DNA from: Pseudoalteromonas translucida KMM 520
Lineage (GTDB): Bacteria; Pseudomonadota; Gammaproteobacteria; Enterobacterales; Alteromonadaceae
Direction: 5' to 3'
Length of the DNA stretch: 32,000 nucleotides
Assembly (NCBI RefSeq): GCF_001465295.1
Contig: NZ_CP011034.1
Span: forward strand, 1,740,001 to 1,772,000
Below are positions 26,990 to 32,000 of this stretch, piece by piece; the first letter of the stretch is position 1, and each line of letters starts with the position of its first letter. Made by a program: the position numbers and the translations under genes. Below the pieces are notes generated by a model, which saw only the letters and a program-made list of their open reading frames with translations, was not told the origin of the DNA and searched no databases.

Positions 26990-27325
26990 TTATGTATCTT
27001 CCATAATATCTTTAAGTGCTATGCGTTTTAACTGCGTGCCATCGCGGTACCCTTTTGCTAACAAATCGTCTAATACAGCACCAGTGTAGAATGTGTAACC
27101 ATTCTCTTCACCAACGGGGAGCTCATATGTAGAGCCTGATATTTGAGGCCAAGTCCAGTAATTCCCGCACGATGATAATTTAGGTAGAACCATTGAACCT
27201 GAACTAACTCTCCACTCATCATCATTTCGCCATGAACAAAACAATACATAACATGGTTTATCATCAACTGTTTGAAACGTTAAAACAACCCACCCCTCTG
27301 GCCTATGTTTTATATTCAATTTCAT
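26990..27325 (-). CDS. Hypothetical 111-aa protein, reverse-oriented relative to the cassette array
   Basis: Track ORF; no family recognised. Confidence 0.5.
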   Translation of the reverse strand: MKLNIKHRPEGWVVLTFQTVDDKPCYVLFCSWRNDDEWRVSSGSMVLPKLSSCGNYWTWPQISGSTYELPVGEENGYTFYTGAVLDDLLAKGYRDGTQLKRIALKDIMEDT

Positions 27326-28323
27326 CCCTTTTTACATTAAAATTAAATTTAGCATTCATATTAATCCTAACCCAATAAATCAAAATATTAGTTTTCCTAG
27401 AAAATGAGTGAAAGAGTCATTAAATATTTTTGATACCTTATCGATAGAAACAAAGTCTGTTGATCGATATTTAAAAGGCACAAGTGGCGTTAAGCACCTT
27501 ATTACAATTGGTACTACTGCAGGTCAATTTGACGATATCGAGCAGATGTTTTGTAAAAAAATCCGGCCCAGTGATTCCTAGAACGAAGAGCTGGATTGAC
27601 GATGTAATTAGGTAATACAACAATTGGATTATCACCTTTAACAGTTGGTAAGTACAAAAAGTTATTTTACCATATTTACCTAGCGTAATATCACAACAAA
27701 GGCAATGGATTGTCAAAGCTCATATAAGCTTTATATGAAAAGTTTAAGAAATCTGCAAACTAAGTTATCAACCCATCTCAACACTTAACTAAAGAACAAT
27801 TAGATTTACATGCAAGAGAAAAAAAAGGTCTAGTCGTTCAGCGGTAGAGCATAGGACTAGCATAAACGTGATAGAGCAAATATTGATATATTCCAGTCGT
27901 AAGCTAAATATTGTCCCAGCTATAAATATAGAAGCTGGCGTCCGATTAGTGGTGAATGCAACACTACTGAGCATTTCAGAGCAATTATTGGCTAAATTCA
28001 ATCATTTTTTGATTTCAGCGGCAGCTTAAAAAATTTTTTGAAGTAGAAACATAAAGTACATGTACCATATAGTTAGGAATGAATAAAAACTCCATAAAAT
28101 TCAGCTGGCCATCATGAAAAATTAAGTGTACTTACTCTTTTGCCAATATTAGTTAAATAGGATTTGTATTAGGCTATTCAGTATAACTAACTATAACTAG
28201 ATGTATTTAAAGCCTGCTCTTTGCTGATTATTTAGTGTATTTTGCGTTTTTAAGTAAACTCATTACGGCTACTTTGCGCTAATACAAATACATAACTAAT
28301 GAACGATTACTCTACTTACTAAG

Positions 28324-28415
28324 CAGATTAAACAGATTAAACAGATTAAACAGATTAAACAGATTAAACAGATTAAACAGATTAAACAGATTAAACAGAT
28401 TAAACAGATTAAACA
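28324..28415. repeat. Perfect tandem repeat, 10 copies of the 9-mer CAGATTAAA plus a partial CA
   Basis: Counted directly: units start at 28324, 28333, ... 28405. Confidence 0.95.
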
Positions 28416-29648
28416 AGAATGCCATTACTCACATAATTCTATCAAGCAAGTTTTTCATTAAAGCATGCATTTGTATAAAGTAATCCTGCTAATAATTTAG
28501 CTGTTAAAGCTTTCCTTGCTTGTTTGCTGCGCACCTATTTGTAACTAACCAACACGTAAGTATGTTGTTATGCCTTTACTATATTTTCAATTCAGAAGAA
28601 CTTAAGTTTAGCTCTATTACTTGTATAGCTTATTATTCTCTTTGTATATATACACTTATATATTACGTTATTCTTGCAACTACTATCTAACGTAATAAAT
28701 CAGAGCTCTTACAGCATTTAACTTCTTTTTGGCAATGCTCTAATTACGAGTTTAGCTTAGCTAATATCACCTAACGTAATAAATAAACCAGAATTCAGCT
28801 ATTTACTAAATATTGCTTATCATCTTAATATAGTTAGTAGCCTTACTTAACTATAATTTTAACTAAGTGATTATTAACGCCTATAAATAAGCTTCAGTAT
28901 TAAACCTAGTTAATCGCGTTATTCTATCTATTATTTCAATTCTAACAACTAAGCTAACTAACATTATCTATTTCTATGCCAGCTTCTTTGCCGTTATACA
29001 TGAGCAACTGCGCGTATATAATATTTACATTGATATGCCAGATGCTAATACTCTAGTTATCATCAGTTGTAATAGTTTATTATAAAGAAGCTCTGGTTTA
29101 TCACTGTTAAACACATGGGTTTTACCTGTATTTACATAGCTAGTTTTACAAAATCACCGCTATTAACAGTAATAAACCAGCTAGTTTAGTTCGTTTTATA
29201 AGCAGGTGCTTTAAATAGCCTATTATGTAGGGTTTTAATTTTCAGTTTTAGTCATATTTAGTTTAATTATTAGTCGCTTAAATTATGTTAAATTGAGCTG
29301 TAATTATGTTTATCACAGTAATGCGCTTGGTTTTTAACTAAAACTCCCTGCTGATAGTGGTTTTAACTATGAAATTCTAAGTTGTTGAAGGACAGTTGGT
29401 ATAAAGCAGAGTAATGGAAAGCAGGTTTCCATAATGTTTGATGGCTATTTATAAGTGTGACTTTTTAAGTATAATTTTTAAGTGTATTTTAACTTAGGCT
29501 AGTTTTAAATATTGAAGTGCCCTGCACTGTATATAGTTATTGTTGCGTAATAATGTAATTAAATATGATGGTTAATCCGATACTATTCGCAGTACACTTG
29601 CCATTAACCTAACGCGTTAAATTAACAGCAAGTAGAACCACAGGTGAT

Positions 29649-30068
29649 TTAATTAATTTTGCCAAGCTCATCTTTCAGATTCTTTAGTTTAAGCTTTTCT
29701 GCTGTAATCTTTTTTTGATACTTACTCACTTTATCACTTTCATCTGCTTGTTTAGCATCTAGCAGATCTTCTTCATATTCAGCAATATCATTGTTAGCAT
29801 CGTTTATTTTTTCTAGTAAATCTTCTTTCAAGGTTTTTTCGCTGCAGTTACTTTTTGCTGCATGTAATGCTTTTTTCAATCCTTCAACCTTGTACTTATT
29901 ACCATGTTCCTTCGCTATGGCAAGCTGGCTTTCTATCTCGAAAAACTTTTTTTCACAGCCAGTCAAATCACTACACGCTAATGATGCAGCAAGCGATGTA
30001 GATGACAGCATAAATAAAATACCTGCTGTTGTTGGTATTACTTTATATTTTGAAAATATATTAATCAT
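29649..30068 (-). CDS. DUF1090 (YqjC-like) secreted protein
   Basis: Signal peptide, then CSDLTGCEKKFFEIESQLAIAKEHGNKYKVEGLKKALHAAKSNCSEK. ATG 30068 with GGAGA 5 nt upstream is preferred over the track TTG 30080. Confidence 0.7.
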   Translation of the reverse strand: MINIFSKYKVIPTTAGILFMLSSTSLAASLACSDLTGCEKKFFEIESQLAIAKEHGNKYKVEGLKKALHAAKSNCSEKTLKEDLLEKINDANNDIAEYEEDLLDAKQADESDKVSKYQKKITAEKLKLKNLKDELGKIN

Positions 30069-30114
30069 AAGGCTCTCCAATCATAATTATTAGTAAATTT
30101 GGCGTGATTGTACA

Positions 30115-30150
30115 AATAAAAAAGCGCGAAATATAAATTTAGCGCTTTTA
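30115..30150 (-). terminator. Possible weak intrinsic terminator after miaE
   Basis: The minus strand reads AAAAGCGC-taaatttatatttc-GCGCTTTTTTATTT. The stem is short and the loop long. Confidence 0.35.
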
Positions 30151-30174
30151 AGGGCTTTGTATTAACAGCTCAAA

Positions 30175-30747
30175 CTAATGTAGTGCAGCAGTAAATGGAA
30201 TACTTTCACAAATTTTAGCTTCGGCTATTAGTAGCTCTTCTAGGCGTATATCTACTTCTTCTTTATCAAAATACTCATACGCTAGTTCTACAAATAAGTT
30301 TTTATGTTTTTCTTCTGATTCGGCAATCGCAATGTAAAACTCTTTTTCTTTGCCCTCTGGTAACGCTTGCGCCACTAAAGAAAAGCGTTCATGCCCTCTT
30401 GCCTCAATAACACCACCGACTAATAACCGGTCCATTAAAAAACCGTCGCGTCCGTGTCTAAATAATGCACGTATTTGTTTTATATAAGGGTCTTTTTTGT
30501 CGTCACCTAAATTTACATCACGTGAGATTAAAATTTTCAGCACTTCTTTAAAATGAATCATTTCTTCAAGTGCTAAGTCTGCCATGGCTGTAACCAGTTT
30601 ACGTTTATCTGGGTAATGCGACAGCATAGACATGGCCATACCCGATGCTTTTTTTTCGGCTGCGGCGTGGTCTTGTAAAAAAGTATCGAAATCATCAAGA
30701 ACAACTTCGGTCCATTCAAATGGGGTGTGGTATTTTAATTCAAACAT
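30175..30747 (-). CDS. miaE: tRNA-(ms2io6A37)-hydroxylase MiaE (ferritin-like di-iron)
   Basis: DHAAAEKKASGMAMSMLSHYPD, LALEEMIHFKEVL, IEARGHERFSLVA and ESEEKHKNLF are collinear with characterised MiaE proteins. Confidence 0.85.
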   Translation of the reverse strand: MFELKYHTPFEWTEVVLDDFDTFLQDHAAAEKKASGMAMSMLSHYPDKRKLVTAMADLALEEMIHFKEVLKILISRDVNLGDDKKDPYIKQIRALFRHGRDGFLMDRLLVGGVIEARGHERFSLVAQALPEGKEKEFYIAIAESEEKHKNLFVELAYEYFDKEEVDIRLEELLIAEAKICESIPFTAALH

Positions 30748-30834
30748 GCTCTGTACTACTTATAACAAGGTGTAAAATAATGCGCAGATTTTAGCGTATA
30801 TTAGGCAAAAAATCATGCTCCTAAGCCTGCAAAG

Positions 30835-31467
30835 TTAAACCTTGTAGCGTAACAGTTTATCTATGCGCCCTTTTGCCGTTGATTCAACTTTAAGCGGATG
30901 TTTTATATCGTTCCAGGCTGTAACTTTGCCGCCCATATTCATTTTTTCAAAATCTGTTTTATCACTTTTAATCGCTAAAAAATCACAGAGCACTTTGTAG
31001 CTTTGTGGCTTTGCTATATTTATTGATAAAAAACGTTGCTCTTGGTGTTTAAAATAATTTTTAGCATCATTGATATGCGTGTTATAACAATGGGTTAAGT
31101 AACTATCATCGTTTATATTATCAATCGTTAAATTACTAAATGTATTTAAATAGCAATGCTTTATATGAATATTAAAACCACCATCAGCGCGCGTTAAATT
31201 AGTGTGCATACGTAATAATAATTGCTTTATTGATGGTAGCCATACGTTAAGCTCACGCTCTAAATAAATAAACTTTGCATCAGGATAGTACTTATCGAGG
31301 GCTTTATAATCATTAAAAATTGGCGTGTCGGCAATTGCATGGGCGTTATCAAAACAATTGTTTGTGTAGGCAGTATGCGCTGTTGGTATACCAAACTCTA
31401 AAAAGGCATGGCAAACACTTGTAGTGCCTGTTCGCGGTAAACCAATAATAAATATTTTGTTATTCAT
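30835..31467 (-). CDS. Sulfotransferase-family protein
   Basis: N-terminal PAPS-binding loop IFIIGLPRTGTTSV. Confidence 0.65.
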   Translation of the reverse strand: MNNKIFIIGLPRTGTTSVCHAFLEFGIPTAHTAYTNNCFDNAHAIADTPIFNDYKALDKYYPDAKFIYLERELNVWLPSIKQLLLRMHTNLTRADGGFNIHIKHCYLNTFSNLTIDNINDDSYLTHCYNTHINDAKNYFKHQEQRFLSINIAKPQSYKVLCDFLAIKSDKTDFEKMNMGGKVTAWNDIKHPLKVESTAKGRIDKLLRYKV

Positions 31468-31477
31468 ACTATTAAAT

Positions 31478-31852
31478 TTAACTAAAGCGGGTTAATAAAA
31501 TAACTAAAGCACTAATAAGCATAGTTAAAAATGTTGCTATGACACCAATTTGGCGATACTTTAAGTTTTTTTCTACTATGCCAAAATTATGGAAAACACG
31601 GCCTATAAGTAGCATTGCACCAAGTGCATGGCAATAATGGCTCGCTAACCCCTGATATTCTGCTAAAAAAAGCAAAATAATTGCAAACGGTACATATTCC
31701 ATAAAATTACCATGGGCACGAATTGCCCGTTGCAACTGTGGATTTTCACCTTCACCAAGTGATATTTGCGCTGCTCTGCGCACGTTTATTACGTTAAAGC
31801 TTAAGTAAATATAGTAAAATGCAAGTAATGCAGCGTATGTTGAAATGATCAC
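31478..31852 (-). CDS. MAPEG-family inner-membrane protein (YecN-like)
   Basis: VRRAAQISLGEGENPQLQRAIRAHGNFMEYVPFAIILLFLAE is the typical MAPEG pattern, with 3-4 TM helices. Confidence 0.75.
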   Translation of the reverse strand: MIISTYAALLAFYYIYLSFNVINVRRAAQISLGEGENPQLQRAIRAHGNFMEYVPFAIILLFLAEYQGLASHYCHALGAMLLIGRVFHNFGIVEKNLKYRQIGVIATFLTMLISALVILLTRFS

Positions 31853-31973
31853 AGTATTATCCTAATATTTTTGGCAATAATAACACACAAATTAACGTTC
31901 ATTATCAGAAGTTTAGTTTACAACTATGCTAAAGTATTAATAATACTCTTATACAATAAAGCATAAGGATTTT

Positions 31974-32000
31974 ATGTTTGTACCTCGCAAAGTAGCCGAC
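31974..32000 (+). CDS. Start of an unidentified CDS that runs off the window (9 codons, MFVPRKVAD)
   Basis: ATG preceded by AAGGA at 5-nt spacing. Too short to identify. Confidence 0.3.

Noticed and set aside
27070-27267. Track ORF 27070..27267 (minus)
   Set aside because: It is an alternative frame inside the 111-aa ORF.
27828-27864. tRNA-like string GGTCTAG-TC-GTTC-AGCGGTA-GAGC-A-TAGGA-CTAGCAT (acceptor plus D-arm look-alike)
   Set aside because: There is no complementary 3' anticodon-stem strand, no T-arm and no acceptor 3' strand downstream. At best it is a 5' tRNA fragment, so it is not called.
27471-28001. Track ORFs 27471..27716 and 27789..28001
   Set aside because: Their composition is Cys/Leu/Ile-rich and low-complexity, as expected of random frames in AT-rich DNA. 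They have no RBS and sit in the ORF-free tract.
28324-28415. The tandem repeat as a CRISPR array
   Set aside because: The units are contiguous 9-mers with no spacers and no palindromic repeat, and there are no cas genes.
29791-30093. Track ORF 29791..30093 (plus)
   Set aside because: It is an antisense shadow of the DUF1090 gene.

Overview
AT-rich gammaproteobacterial-looking window in four parts. All homology calls are from reading motifs by eye; nothing was searched or computed by program.
(1) 1-8351 is a minus-strand, nuclease- and helicase-rich accessory block. It holds a partial SF2 helicase translationally coupled to a small wHTH/coiled-coil gene, a divergent XRE regulator with four ACTTAG-N5-CTAAGT operators, an HNH nuclease, a 1086-aa Mrr-like-nuclease/helical-repeat giant, and a Toprim protein.
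(2) 8748-14292 holds an IS3-family element (1266 bp, A6G frameshift site) that splits a small ORF. That ORF is TAATG-coupled to a decayed AHH-nuclease toxin gene. Endonuclease I, a lipoprotein and an SOS-boxed umuDC operon follow.
(3) About 14740-27500 is an integron-style gene-cassette array on the plus strand. Each ORF is followed by an imperfect-palindrome attC-like site (TAAC ... GTTRRRY), but no canonical IntI is present in the window. The cassettes carry defense-like cargo:
- an HNH nuclease;
- a complete ABC-three-component-like module (TM protein, effector-CTD protein, 74-aa middle component, coiled-coil ABC ATPase);
- a 2-TM protein;
- a 563-aa P-loop ATPase;
- DUF1883-TIR;
- two HEPN-motif proteins;
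- several unknowns.
Embedded in the array is the feature I rate most interesting. It is a family of elements bounded by about 15-bp imperfect inverted repeats (GTCCGCTCATGGCAC) that sits exactly on the GTTACC edge of attC sites. One 969-bp copy carries a 207-aa stand-alone tyrosine recombinase. Two short copies (264 and 344 bp) lack it. Solo ends also occur, including one inverted copy at 7065-7110.
(4) 27326-29648 is a 2.3-kb ORF-free AT-rich tract with a 10-copy 9-bp tandem repeat. Housekeeping-type genes follow (DUF1090, miaE, sulfotransferase, MAPEG).
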